A stretch of DNA of 64,000 nucleotides from Felis catus (taxonomy: Eukaryota). The DNA is taken from the NCBI RefSeq assembly GCF_018350175.1, contig NC_058368.1:2108001-2172000 (forward strand), read 5' to 3'. The notes under the pieces were generated by a model. That model did not search any database and was not told the DNA's origin. It saw nothing but the letters and a program-made list of their open reading frames with translations. Of this stretch, positions 36,370-49,050 are shown in pieces (position 1 is the first letter of the stretch; each line of letters starts with the position of its first letter). Made by a program: the position numbers and the translations under genes.

Positions 36370-39045
36370 AGGGTTACTTCAATGAAAAAATCAAAGCACA
36401 GCTGGTGGAAGGTCCAAACCACCACTATGAGTAGGGACGTAAGGCAACCAGAGTTACAACAACAGAGAGCATGCAACACATTCCAAAAACACCTCCTGAA
36501 GGGCCAGGCCCTGGACAGTGTATGACCCCTTTTTAATATAGTAGTGCTCGCCGGTGCAGGACATGTAATAAGCTATTAAAACACATAAGGGGCAGAAAAC
36601 TAGCCAAAATGATGAAAAGGAAGAATTCTTCTCAAAAGAAATTCCAGGAAGAAATGACAGCTAGAGAATTGCTCAAAACAGATATAAACAATATATCTGA
36701 TCAAGAATTTAGGATAATAGTCATAAGATTAATAGCTGGGCTTGAAAAAAGCATAGAAGACAGCAGGGAATCTATTGCTCAGAGATCAAGGAACTATGAA
36801 ATAGTCACAACGAATTAAGAAATGCCATAAATGAGGTGCAAAATAAACTAGATGCAGTGACAGCAAGGATGCAGGAGGCAGAGGGGAGATTCAGTGAAAT
36901 AGAAGATAAAATTATGGAAAATGATGAAGCCAAGAAAAAGAGAAATAAGAAAATACTAGCCCCCAAGGGGAGGATTAGAGAACTAAGTGATTCAATGAAA
37001 TGTAATAATATCTGTATCATAGGAGTTCCAGAAGAAGATGAAAGAGAGAAAGGGGTAGAAGGTTTACTTGAACAAATTATAGTTGAGAACTTCTCTAATC
37101 TGGGGAAGGAAGCAGACATCCAAATCCAGGAGGCCCAGAGAACTCCCTTCAGAATCAACAAGGTCTTCACCATGGCGAATCATAATGAAACTGGCAAAAT
37201 ACAAAGCTAAAGAGAGGATTCTGAAAGCAGCTAGGGACAAACAGGCCTTAACTTACAAGGGTAGACACATAAATGTAGTAGCAGACCTGTCTACTGAAAC
37301 TTGGCAGGACAGAAGGGAGTGGCAGGAAATATTCAATGTGCTGAATAAGAAAAATATGTAGCCAAGAATCCTTTATCCAGCAAGGCTGTCATTCAGAATA
37401 GAAGGAGAGATAAAGGCTTTCCCAGACAAACAAAAACTGAAGAAGTTCATGACCACTAAACCAGACTTGCAAGAGGTCCTAAGGAGGACTCTGTGAGTGG
37501 AATGCTGCAAAGACTACAAAGGACCAGAGACATCACCACAAGCATGAAGCCTACAGATAACACAATGACACTAAATCTGTATCTTTCAATAATAACTCTG
37601 AATGTAAACGGACTAAATGCTCCAATCAAAAGCCATAGGGATCAGAATAGATAAAAAACTAAGATCCATCTATTTGCTGCCTACAAGAGACTCATTTTAG
37701 ACCTGAGGACACCTTCATATTGAAAGTGAGGGGAGGGAGAACTATCTATCATGCTACTGGAAGTCAAAAGAAAGCTGGAGTAGCCATACTTATATCAGAC
37801 AAACTAGACTTTCAATTAAAGGTTGTAACAAGAGATGAAGAAGGGCATTGTATCATGATTACGGGGTCTATCCTTCAAGAAGAGCTAACAATTGTCAGGT
37901 GTCTGGGTGGCTCAGTCGGTTAAGCATCTGATTTAGGTTCAGGTCATAATCTCTCAGTTCATGGGTTGGAGCCCCACACTGGGCTCTGTGCTGACAGTTT
38001 AGAGCCTGGAGCCTGCTTTGGATTCTGTGTCTCCCTCTCTGTCTGCCCCTCCTCTGCTCCTTCTCTCTCTTCCTCTCTCTCTCCTTCCCTCCCTCTCTCT
38101 CTCTCTCTCAAAAATGAATAAACATTTTTTAAAAATTAAAGATAAGCTTACAAAAAAGAGCTAACAATTGTAAATGTTTATGCCCTCAACTTGAAACACC
38201 AACTATATAAATCAATTAATCACCAACATAAGCAATCTTATTGATAAGAATATGGTAATTGCAGATGACTTTAATACTCCACTTACAGAAATGGGCCGAT
38301 CATCTGGGCAGATAAATCAATAAAGAAACAATGGCCTTGAATGATATGCTGAACCAGATAGACTTGACAGATTTATTCAGAACTTTTCATCCAAAACAGC
38401 ATTCTTCTCAAGTGCACGTGGAACATTCTCCAAGATAGATCACATACTGGGTCACAAATCAGCCCTCAATAAATATAAAAGACTTGAGATCATACCATGC
38501 ATACTTTCAGATCACAACACCATGGAACTACAAAAGACCCTGAATAGCCAAAGTAATGTTGAAAAAGAAAACCAAAGTGGGAGGCATCATAATCCTGGAC
38601 TTTAGCCTCTACTATAAAGCTAATCATCTACTAATCATCAAGACAGTATGGCACTGGCCTCAAAACGGACACATAGACCAACGGAGCAGAATAGAGAACC
38701 CAGAATTGGACCCACAAATATATACCCAACTAATCTTTGACAAAGTAGGAAAGAGTATCCAATGGAAAAAAGACAGTCTCTTTAGCAAATGGTGCTGGGA
38801 GAACTGGACAGCAGCATGCAGAAGAATGAAACTGGACCACATTCGTACACCATACACAAAAATAAACTCAAAATATATGAAAGACCTAAATGTGAGACAG
38901 GAAACCATCAAAACCCTAGAGGAGAAAACAGGCAACAACCTCTTTGGCCTCAGCTGCAGCAACTTCTTACTCAACATGTCTCCAAAGGCAAGGGAAATAA
39001 AAGCAAAAATGACCTATTGGGACTTCATCAAGATAAAAAGCTTCT
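36370..39045 (+). mobile_element. Carnivore/felid L1: 5' UTR, frameshifted ORF1, EN domain, large internal deletion, 3'-truncated; SINE at about 37898-38150
   Basis: ORF1 pieces 36609-37496, EN (QKKAGVAILISDKLDF), jump at about 38520 to post-RT ORF2 ([18 protein letters not shown]). Confidence 0.92.
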
Positions 39046-39339
39046 GAGTAGTGCTAAGAAGTATTCTTTCTGCTCCTACTTTCTGGAAGAGATTGTAGAG
39101 AATTCATATAATTTCTACCTTAAATGTTTGGTAGAATTCACCAGTGAACCCATGTGAGCCTGGTGCTTCTCTTTCAGGAGGTTGCTAGTTATTGACTCCA
39201 CATCTTTAACAGATATAGGTCTATTAAGAAAAACTATTTCTTCTTGTGTGACTTTTGCTAGAAATTTACTTTTTAAAATATTACTTTTCATTTCTAAAGT
39301 AAATATATGCTTATTATGAAAAATGAGTAAAATACAAGA

Positions 39340-39745
39340 GAGTAGAGTGTCTCAGCTGCAACTCTGACCAAGAAGTGAAGTCTATTTCTCCACTTCCTTC
39401 ATTTTTGTCATGGCCTTGTCACTTGCTTTGACCAAGAGAATGTGGCAAAAGTGAAGTTGTGTAGCTAATGAGCCAAGTCTTCAAGATGCTCTTATTCTAT
39501 TGGAACCTTGAGACTATGATGTGAAGAAGCCTGAATTACCCTGGTAGAGACACATGACCCAGCACTATTACCTACCTGGGAGGCAAAGTCCTCTTAGAGA
39601 TCAGATAACTACAGTGGCATGAGGGAAGCCAGATGAGACCGGAAAAACTGCCCAGCTGAGCCCGGCCCAGATAAAATGGCTGTTGTCTTAAGCTTTTGTG
39701 TTTTCAGGTGGTTGTTACATAGCACTAAGAAGATAATTGATACAG
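39340..39745 (+). mobile_element. MLT1 (MaLR) LTR
   Basis: cttgtcacttgctttgaccaagagaatgtggcaaaagtg...ataaaatggctgttgtcttaagc...gataattgataca. Confidence 0.75.
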
Positions 39746-39854
39746 TGATCAATAAATATGAACTGATATAATTATTACCATATAAATCTAAAAGATGAGA
39801 ATACGACCTTGAGATAGTTACCTAGGCACTTTAAAATGTCTTTTATCATTTGTT

Positions 39855-39870
39855 TTGGTTTATTTATTTT

Positions 39871-39910
<40 letters not shown>

Positions 39911-41645
39911 ACAAGTGGGGGAGGGGAAGAGAGAAGGAGAGACAGAATCCTCAGTAGGCTCTGCACCATCAGTGCAGAGTCCGATGAGGGACACAAACTC
40001 GTAAACCTCGAGATCATGACCTGAGCCTAGATAAGAAGAGTCAGTCGTTCAACCAACTGTGCCACCGAGGCACACCTGTCTTTAATCATTTAATAGATAC
40101 TTTAGTGTTGGGTATATACAAAGGACTGCCTTAAATTTTATGTATGGTATTACGGTATCAATACCACGAAGACATCTATCACATGCATTTCCAAATCTCA
40201 AAGAACTGACACGTTATTGGAGATCTTTCTTCATGTGCAACCTTAGAATCAGGGCCAGAAGAGCCACCCAAGTCTCCCAAAGTATCACTCCTTCTAGATT
40301 TGATATTTAAATACCTAAACCAAATACCTTCCATAGCTTTTTTTTTTTTTTCCAATTGAATAATGCTCTTGGTATTTTGCAGCGATTTAAGATGAGCCCA
40401 TATCAGGGGCACCTGGATGGCTCAGTCAGTTAAGCATCTGACTCTGGATTTTGGCTCAGGGCATGATTTCATGGTTCGTGAGATTGAGTACTGCCTTGGG
40501 CTTTGCGCTGACAGTGTGAAGTCTGCTTGGGATTTTCTCTGTCTCTCTCTGCCCACCCCTCCCCCCTCACACTCTCTCTCAAAATAAATAAACTTAAAAA
40601 AAGATTAGTGCATATCTATTTGAATGTACATGATAATGAATTGGCAAGGATTTATGATTAAGTACTCATGAGAGCAATGCTATTTTTTTCCATGAGATTT
40701 TCATGAAATCAGCTATCCTTTGGCAATAGAGGGAATTGACAGGGAATTAGCCTCTTAATTTGCCCCCTTGCCTCTTTGCAAATGATGATGCAGTCTACAT
40801 AATGATGAATATAACGGCTCACATTTGTTAAGCATTTAGTTTATAGCAGCCACTGTGCCAACTATTTTAGATGCATTTATTCCTCATTAAGTATTATCCT
40901 AATTTATGGATCAGGAATCTTTGACTCAGAACAGTTAAGTGATTCAAGATTAACCAGCTAGCAAGTGACTAAGCTCAAATTTAAATAAAGATCTATCTAA
41001 ATTCAAAGACTAAGATTTTTAAGCATTAATTAAGCTTTTTAAAACTATTTTTTAAGTTTTTAATTTATTTTGAGAGAGAGTGCGAGTGGGGGAGGGGCAG
41101 AGAGAGAGGGAGAGATAGAGAGAGCAAGAGAGAATCCCAAGCATACTCCGTGCTGTTAGCACAGAGCCCGATGCAGGACTCGATCCAACGAATCGTGAGA
41201 TCATGACCTGAGCCAAGATCAAGAGCCAGACGCATAACCAGCTGAGCCACCCGGGTGCCCCACCATTAGGTAAGCTTTTTAGTTGCTCCCTACAATTTGC
41301 TTCTGGTGAATATGTTGTTGACACTGCAGACTCTTGAGGATGAGGATGTCTGTTTAAAAACAATTATCAATCTAATCATTCAAATGCTTAAAGTAGGGGG
41401 TAAAGTGAGAGATATTTCAACCCTCTGAAATGCCAATGTGCCCTCATTCCCTTGGCTTAAAATGTACTGTAAATGAGATGGTTCTCAGAACAACCTGAGA
41501 AGCTAGTTAAAAAGTGGATTCCAGAGGCGCCTGGCTGGCTCAGTCAGTGGAGTGTGCGACTCTTGATCTCAGGGTTGTGAGTTCAAGCCCCACGTTGGGT
41601 GTAGAAATTACTTAAAAATAAAAGCCTTTAATTAAAATAAACAAA
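39855..41645. mobile_element. CAN-SINEs at about 39855-40078 (-), 40406-40600 (+), 41050-41262 (-), 41524-41645 (+); MIR about 40810-41020
   Basis: SINE and MIR consensus motifs; unique DNA between copies. Confidence 0.85.
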
Positions 41646-42439
41646 AAAAGTGGATTCCCAAAACCATCCCCCAGAACACATTTTAGTGGGAACAGCCTTT
41701 ACAAACACTGCCTCTCTGGTTTTAGTGTGAGCAATGGCTGAAGGGGTGACACAGAGACCAGCTAGGAGTGTCAGGACAGGCTCATGGCGGCATTGCTTTT
41801 AGGGCTGATGCCAAGCAGGCATGTATGCTTATTTGTAAAAATACAACTTTTAGGGAAACATAAAACAATGTATCTTCTAAGTAGTAATTATACTGCTTCT
41901 AGGCTTAATTTTTCTAGGAATCGTTATGGAAATTCACATATTTTTGCTACTCTTGGTAACAAGCAGATGCTTTACTGAGAGTATTTACATACACTTCTGT
42001 CCAAAAAAAGAACCCATAAATATTGTGCTTATAAATGTCATATACCTAGTCTCCCACAGATGCACCTGAAGAGATTTTAAAAAGGTTTCATATTCATAAC
42101 TCCCCAGAAATATCCAGATTTACAACCCACAGCTTTTGTAAAAAAAGAGAAAATTTTATGAAAAATATATTCCACTAAATCTTTTCCAGAAACAGTTTGT
42201 ACGCGTTCATGAATATCTGTTTCCTGCCATCAGAAAGCTGTCCTTCTGAATCTCAACAGCAGAAAAAGCCATGGAGTTACAGTGATTGACTGAGGCTGAT
42301 TCTATAAAACTTCACCTTACATATTTCCGATTTTAATTAGGGTAATCTACTTGCGCCCTGATTGAAAATGCCAAAACATGTTTCAGAAGAAGAGCGAAGA
42401 GGACGGGCGGAGACACATACCTCAAATGTTCATTCTTTA

Positions 42440-45400
42440 AACATTTTTTGTTGTGGCAAAATATAATGCGGAATTTGTAATTTTAACCATTTTTAGGCGC
42501 ACAATTCAGTGGCATTAAGTATATTCACAACGTTGTGCAATTATCACCATTATTCACTTCCAGAACTTTTCATCGTCCCCAGGAGAAACTCTGTATCGTT
42601 AGACAGTAATTTCCCATCCCCCCCCCCCTCCCCAGGCCCAGGTGACATTTATTTTACTTTCTGTCTCTCTGAATTTCCCTATTATAAGTGCTTCATATGT
42701 GTGGAATCATACAATATTTGCTCTGTTGTGTCTGGCTTATTTCACTTGGCATAATGTTTTCAAGCTTTATCCTTGCTGGCATGTATCAGTCCCTCATTCT
42801 TTTTTAAGACTGAATAATATTCCGTTAATGTGTATCAATTCATCGGTTGAGAGACACTAGGTTGTTTTCACCTTTTGACTATTGTGACTAATGCTGTTAT
42901 GAACACTGGTATTCAAATACTGATTGGAGTCCCTGCTTTCAATTCTTTGGGGCATATACCTACAAGTGTAATACTCATGCGTGTGAATTCTAAAGAGAAC
43001 GGACGCATATACTTAAATATTATAATTTGTGTTCAGAGCTGGATCTAGAAGCTCAAGTAGGTGGATTGAAGCATGCTGAAATCCACCTTAACTTCTAAAC
43101 TGTACCTGCGGTTCCACTGCTTCAAGGTACTGGGAAATTCTGTTTTGATGAGGGCCTGTCATTTGGAAAGGTCCAAATGAGAGCTTACGTCTAAGAAACT
43201 AAACCTCCCCAATAATGCCAATAATACGTTGTGAGGTTCTTCATTTCCCCACTTTCATTGTTGTTCCTTTAATTGATTGATTACAGTGCCCTCATGTGTC
43301 TATATTTTTATACTATGGAAGTTCTGAAATAAGTGATGGGGAGAAAGGAGCATATTTGTGATGAGCCCTGGGTGATGTATGGAAGTGTTGAATCACTACA
43401 CTGTAACACTTGAAACGAACATGACACTGTATGTTAACTGGAACTAAAATAAAAGCTTAAGTAAAAAAAATTAAATTAAGAAAATAGAATCATAAAACTG
43501 GGGAGAAAATTTAAAGATCTTTTTAAAAACTGAATATTCACTTCATGCAAGGACCCATCTCTAAGCAGTTAAAACACTTTTTTTTAACAGAGATCTAAAT
43601 CACACACACAAGAGTATTTAAAACGTATGGCCACAATGTGACCAATGAACACCCCCCCCCAAAACCCCTCTAGTGAGAAAATGCTAGCTAATCCACTAGA
43701 AGCTCCCTAGGTGCCCTTCATAAATTGCATTACCCTAGCTTACACTCAGAAGTAACACCGTCCTGAATTTAGTGTAATCACTGCCTTGCTTTTCTTTATA
43801 GTTTTACCACTTTGTGTTTGTTCTCCTAAACAGCATTTGGGGGATGGGGGAGAGAAGGTTCCTATTTTTTAACTTTCCACAAATTGAATCCTATTGTATG
43901 TATTGTTCTGTGACTTGCTTTTTTTAGTCTACTTTTTAAATAAGCATATGGATGCATTCATTCATTTTCAAATCTTTATGAAATTTCATTTTATGAATAT
44001 ATTCTGGGTAGACATTCAGATTTTTTCTAGTTATGAAGAATAAATGTTTCAGTGTTGTTCAACATGTTGCCTGGTGCTCACGTGTGACTATTTCTCTGGG
44101 TATACAAATACAAGTGGTATACCTGGGTCTTAAGTTGTGCATATATCCAATCTTTCTAGGTAACACCAGTCTTTCCACAGTGGATGAGAGTGGTCTATAA
44201 GAATTCCATTTTCTCCATATCCTTGCCAGAACTTGGTTGTCAGATTTTTACATTTTGGCCAATCTGAGTAAAATGTAGTTGTGGTTCAAACGTGCATTTC
44301 TATGATTATTCATGAGGTTGGGCAGCTTTTCAAATGTTTACATGTAATTTGTGTTTCTTCTCTCCTATGAAATGCCCATGATGACTCGTGCTCATTTTTC
44401 TAACGGACTGTTTGAAAAATTTTTTTTATCAATTGATAGGCATTCTTTTGGGGTGGGCTTTTTTTTTTTTAAATAGCAAGATATAGTATTCATACAGAAG
44501 AGTATAAAACATAAACATACTGCTTAAAGAATAATTTAAAATCTAACAACTGTGTAACCACCATAAAGGTAAAAAAAAAAAAATAGAATGTTGCCAGTAC
44601 TTCAGAAGCACCTTCTTTGCACACACCCCCATCACCGTACTCTTCTTTTCTCAGAGGTAATTCCCATTCTGACTTCTGTGATTAGTTCATTGCTTTTCTT
44701 TTTATAGTTTTATCACCTGGGGATGCATCCTGAACAGTATAGTTTAGTATTGTCTGCTTTTGAATGTTATGAAAATGGATTCACACGGTATATAGATTCT
44801 TCTAGCTTTGATGCCATACAGCCACTATGATGTTTGCGAAATTCCTGTTGTTTCACATAGTTGTAGTTTCATGTAGCTGTAGTTCATTTTTGTTGCCATA
44901 CGGTGTTCCGTTGCTGTTCGGCACTTTTGTTGCTGTACGGTATACCGTGACTCACTGAACTCATGATTCATTGTACTCGTGACGGAACTGGGGTTGTTTC
45001 TAGCTTTTTGTTCTTATGAACAAAACTGCCAGGAACATTATTGTAATGTTTCTGGATATACTTCAGCAAGATCTTCTCTAGGGCATATACCAAGGAGTGG
45101 AATTATAGATCTAAAGTATACATATATTCAACTTTACTAAATAACCCTAAGCCACTTTCCAAAGTAGGTATACCAGTTTACACATTCATCACCAGCATCG
45201 GAGAATTCCCATTAAGTCTGCCAGCAAATGTCAGAGTTTCTAATTTTTGCCAAGCTAGTGAGTGTAGTTTGTTTCGAACCAATCAATTCAAGCCAATTAC
45301 TATGGTTTTAACGCATTCCCTGGATAATTATTCCTGAGCACCTTATATGTTTATTGGCCATTTGGAATTCTTCATTTTAAAAGCACCTGTTCAGTTATTT

Positions 45401-45760
45401 TGCCCATTTTCTATTGGGATGTCTGTCCTATTCTTTATATATCTTGGACACTAGTTTTTGCCAATCACATGCATCACAGATATTTTTTCCCACTCTGTGG
45501 TTTATGTTTTTCTTTCTTTATGATGAATTTTGAAGGTCAGGTTTTGTTTTGTTTTTCCAATTTAGTCAGATTTATCAATCTTTTCTGATTTAGTATCACG
45601 TATCCCAATCCATAGGTCACGAAGATGGTTTATGACGTTATATCCCAAAAGCTCTAGTTCTGCTGTTCATATTCAGGTCTTTGATCCATCCGAAATCGTG
45701 TTATTGTGGTGGGGGAATGGCTCACTTCACTTTTCCCCCATACAGACAACTATTCCGTGA
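42440..45760 (-). mobile_element. Old L1 (L1MB/L1ME-like) 3' fragments (42440-42970, 43570-45760), with a small (+) L1 3' end about 43350-43470
   Basis: caattcagtggcattaagtatattcaca..., tgtctggcttatttcacttggcataatg, ttccaaagtaggtataccagtttacac motifs. Confidence 0.75.
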
Positions 45761-46179
45761 GCATTTACTGTTCAAGGGTGTGTTACACAACTTGTTATTC
45801 CTTTACTAAAGAGTTCGATACTTTGCTAATAAAGTCATGTTTTTGCTTACTTACCTCCTGTACCACTCGTAAGAGTTTTGCGTTTGTTAACTTATTCATT
45901 ACATGCGAAAAGTGCCACCGCAGGCTCCTTCGGCCCGCGAATATTTCAGGTAATAAATTCCCAGGCTACCAACGGCCTGCGAACGACCGCCTCCCTCAGA
46001 AGCTCCGCCCCGCGGACGCCAATGCCCGCCTTTTTCCTGAGGACGCAACACGCAGGCGCGGCCGGACCCGAGCTCCCGCGCCGCACAATGAGTTGCGCCT
46101 GCGCCGGCAAACGCCCCGCCCCTCCTCCTCTGGTCCTCTATAAAGCCTCGAGCTTCTCCTCGCGAGAGACTTCGTTCTC

Positions 46180-46308
46180 ATGCTCGCTGCAGGGGTCGGA
46201 GGTCAGAGCGAGCGTCTCGCGGGCCGTAGGAGGAAGATGGCGGTGGAGTCGCGCGTTACCCAGGAGGAAATTAAGAAGGAGCCGGAGAAACCGATCGATC
46301 GGGAGAAA
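46180..46308 (+). CDS. SAP18: SAP18 coding exon 1 (Sin3A-associated protein 18 kDa; ASAP/PSAP complex subunit)
   Basis: ATG 46180 gives MLAAGVGGQSERLAGRRRK-MAVESRVTQEEIKKEPEKPIDREK, matching the known SAP18 N-terminus; second in-frame ATG at 46237; donor AAA|GTATGG, phase 0. Confidence 0.97.
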
Positions 46309-46490
46309 GTATGGGGTCCGGAAAGAGGTGGAGGTGGGCCTGGCGGGGCGGAGAGCGCGGCCTGTGCCCGAAGGCGGCGGTATTCCAGCTCCCCGGGCGG
46401 TTCGGAGGCCGCGACGCCTCCGGAGGGGAAGGGAGCTCTGGGCTCGCAGCCGCTTTCTTTAACTTCTGCCCTTCCTCCTTTCGCCCCCAG

Positions 46491-46600
46491 ACGTGCCCGC
46501 TGCTGCTGCGTGTTTTCACCACCAATAACGGCCGCCACCACCGAATGGACGAATTCTCCCGCGGAAACGTACCGTCCAGCGAACTGCAGATCTACACTTG
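46491..46600 (+). CDS. SAP18: SAP18 coding exon 2
   Basis: Pyrimidine tract plus CAG acceptor; encodes TCPLLLRVFTTNNGRHHRMDEFSRGNVPSSELQIYT(W); donor TG|GTGAGA, 110 nt. Confidence 0.98.
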
Positions 46601-47234
46601 GTGAGAGTGCTGGGGCCGCGGGGGGCGCGGCCCTGGGGGGCGGTCGGACATTAAGTAATTCTCTGTGCCAGGAAAGAAGTGAACTCCGTGTTTTCGCTTT
46701 TTCCCCTCCACTCGGGGCCTTTGGGCCCAGCTCTCAGAAAGTTGGAGGTTTTACCTGGTAGGTAAAAGGGGCCTGTCTCGTAACACGTTTAAGGTGCAAA
46801 CTTTTTTGAGTTGTGAAAAATTGACAGACCCAAGATTACTGTCGCTTGTTGTGGCTGCTGGGTACAGAAATAATACGTAAAGAAAATGCGGCGGCCTTCT
46901 TTAAGGGGCTCATGGTCATGGGATAAAGGGAAGTAAAGGGAAGTCATGGGATATTTATCCTCGAGAGCATTTATGTGTGATATTAATCCTTAGGTGCCAT
47001 GCATTTAAAAAAAAAGAAGACAAAAAGGTTGATTTTTGATCTGGTGCTTAATGGAAAAGATTGTGATGCGTGTTCTGTAAAGCCTGCCCCTGAATATTTC
47101 TCTCATGGGTGGGTACCTTCCATACCCCCAAGTCTGTCCGGGGCCGGTACATACTGCAGACTTCTCTTTAGTGCTGCACGTATTTCCTTAGTTTCACATC
47201 ATAATGGCTGTTTAGTAGCAGAAAAAGGTTAATA

Positions 47235-47770
47235 ACTCTTAAAACGATGCCTTTATTGTGATAAAGATGTATGTAGCGTTACATTTGCCACCGTAAGGAC
47301 TCCGTTGCATCAGCTATATTCACATTGTGCAACTCTTAACCTGTTAGCAAAGCTTTTTCATTTCCCCCAACAGAAGTTCTACACCTAATAAGCAGTAACT
47401 CCCCATTCCTTTCTTCGCCCTGGTAGTCTGTATGAATTTGCCTATTCTAGATATCTTAAACAAGTGGACTCATAACAGTGTTTGTTGTGTTTGCCTTATT
47501 TCACTTAGCGTGATATTTCGTTCTCTTTTTATGGCTGAATAATACTTCCTTGTAGGATATACCACATTTTGTCCACTTATCTGCTGGTAGGCGCTTGAGT
47601 TTCCATTTTTTGGCTTTTGTGAATAATGCTGCTATGGACCTGGATCTGTTTAATCCCTGCTTTCAATTCTTTTGGGTACATACCTAGAAATGGGACTGCT
47701 GGAACGTACAGTTATATGTTTAACTTTTTGAGGAACCACCAACCTTTTTCACAGCAGCCGCACCATTTTA
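47235..47770 (-). mobile_element. L1MB-like 3' fragment in SAP18 intron 2
   Basis: tatgaatttgcctattctagatat...ttttatggctgaataata...tttttgaggaaccacc. Confidence 0.8.
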
Positions 47771-48627
47771 TAGTCCTGGAAGGGTATGTAATTTTAAACT
47801 GTGAGCCCAGCACAGTACAACTTGATTCTTTAAACATTGGGACCTTATTTGTCTTTTTGGAGGTACCCTGTAGTGTGCTTCCAGTTCAGCATCATTCCGG
47901 GATAAAAGTTCCAGGGAGATTGATTTAACTTACAGGGAAGAACTGTTACTAAAGGGTTGATGAAAATCTCTATTCAGGGATGAAAGTGTATGCTTCTTCC
48001 AACAAACAAGAGTTCCTGTTTGCCAGGTGCTATGCTTAGATTCTGAGGGTATGAAGTAAAGAAGGTATCGCGGTTTCCTACAGGAAGCTCAGTCTAGCGG
48101 AGAAAGCCCGTGAAGAAATACTAAGTATACTTCAGGGTGAAGATGGCAGAGTGAGATTTTACCAAAGACCTTCTGCTCCTAATCCAGAAGAAAAGTTACA
48201 AAAAAATTCTGCCCTAGACTGTCCTGTCCTTAAAGTACAACCAAATAAGGAAAGACCACCCATGTTGTATCTCAAAGTGACGGCCAAAGACAGATTCTGA
48301 AAGACTGAGTAGTTGGTGTCATAGTAGCACAGATCCCTGCCCCCTCTGCCTAAGAGCAGTACTGAAGGAAGATGAGTGAATAAATCTTGGGACTTCTTGA
48401 TTTGTACAAGTAGACTGAGGGACTAAATAGGCAGCCCTAAGATAAGTCTAAGAAAGAAGAGTGCAGTCCAGAAGACCCTAGCAGAAGCAAACTGAATGTG
48501 CCGAAGTTCAGGGCACTGTATGGAGTTGGGGTAATAATAATAAGCCAGATGCCACGGGAGTGGTAAATCTCCTGTGCTTGTATGGTCATTTAAACAGGTT
48601 ATTGAAAGAGAAGTAGTTAGGTAAGCT

Positions 48628-49050
48628 GTATCAGGGTTCGGTCAGAAAAACCGAACCAGCAGGAGATCTGCATGAAGGGCTTTGGTTCACGTAATTATGG
48701 AGACTGCCTAGGTACCTAGATCCCGATCTGCAGGGCGAGCTAGCAGGAAGGGCCAGGCTGGAACTTGAGCAGGAGCTAAAACTGCCCACAACAGCCTGGA
48801 TTTCTTATTCAGGGAAGCCTCCCCTCTGTTCTTAAGGCCTTTCAACTGATTGAATCGGGCCTACTCTGATTGATTGAATGAAGCTTACTCAGATTATCTG
48901 GGATAATCTCCTTAATTTAAAGCCAACTGGTTATAGACTTTCATCACATACACAGAATACCTTATAGCAACACCTACATTAGTGTTTGATTGAATAACTG
49001 GGGCTGTAGCTTTCCCACATTGACACATAAAACTGACTCTTACAGTCACA
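48628..49050 (-). mobile_element. MLT2 (ERVL) LTR in SAP18 intron 2
   Basis: ttaaggcctttcaactgattg...acattagtgtttgattgaataactggg...ttgacacataaaactgac. Confidence 0.8.

Larger units (their letters stand above)
12071..45899 (-). pseudogene. Candidate decayed multi-exon gene (unitary pseudogene) of unidentified family, divergent from SAP18
   Basis: Chain of minus-strand AG...GT blocks in repeat-free gaps (45899-45855, 42357-42046, 40314-~40165, ~36018-35740, 29506-29407, 28873-28802, 27537-~27440, 27343-~27215, 24977-24700, 23673-23333, 22412-22321, 19907-19682, 19403-~19100, ~16415-16301, 12296-12071) with protein-like translations, scattered stops and several phase-matched junctions; no homology confirmed. 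Confidence 0.5.
45900..46700. promoter_or_regulatory. SAP18 CpG-island promoter (possibly bidirectional)
   Basis: CpG-dense; GC boxes (ccgccc); NRF1-like TGCGCCTGCGC 46094-46104; TATAAA 46139-46144; CTCGCGAG palindrome 46159-46166; YY1/TISU-like GAAGATGGCGG around ATG 46237. Confidence 0.85.

Noticed and set aside
36609..37496. L1 ORF1 as an active or domesticated gene
   Set aside because: Broken by frameshifts and a stop; element lacks RT
46309..46761. 193-aa read-through ORF from the SAP18 ATG
   Set aside because: Intron 1 read-through; the spliced structure explains the known protein
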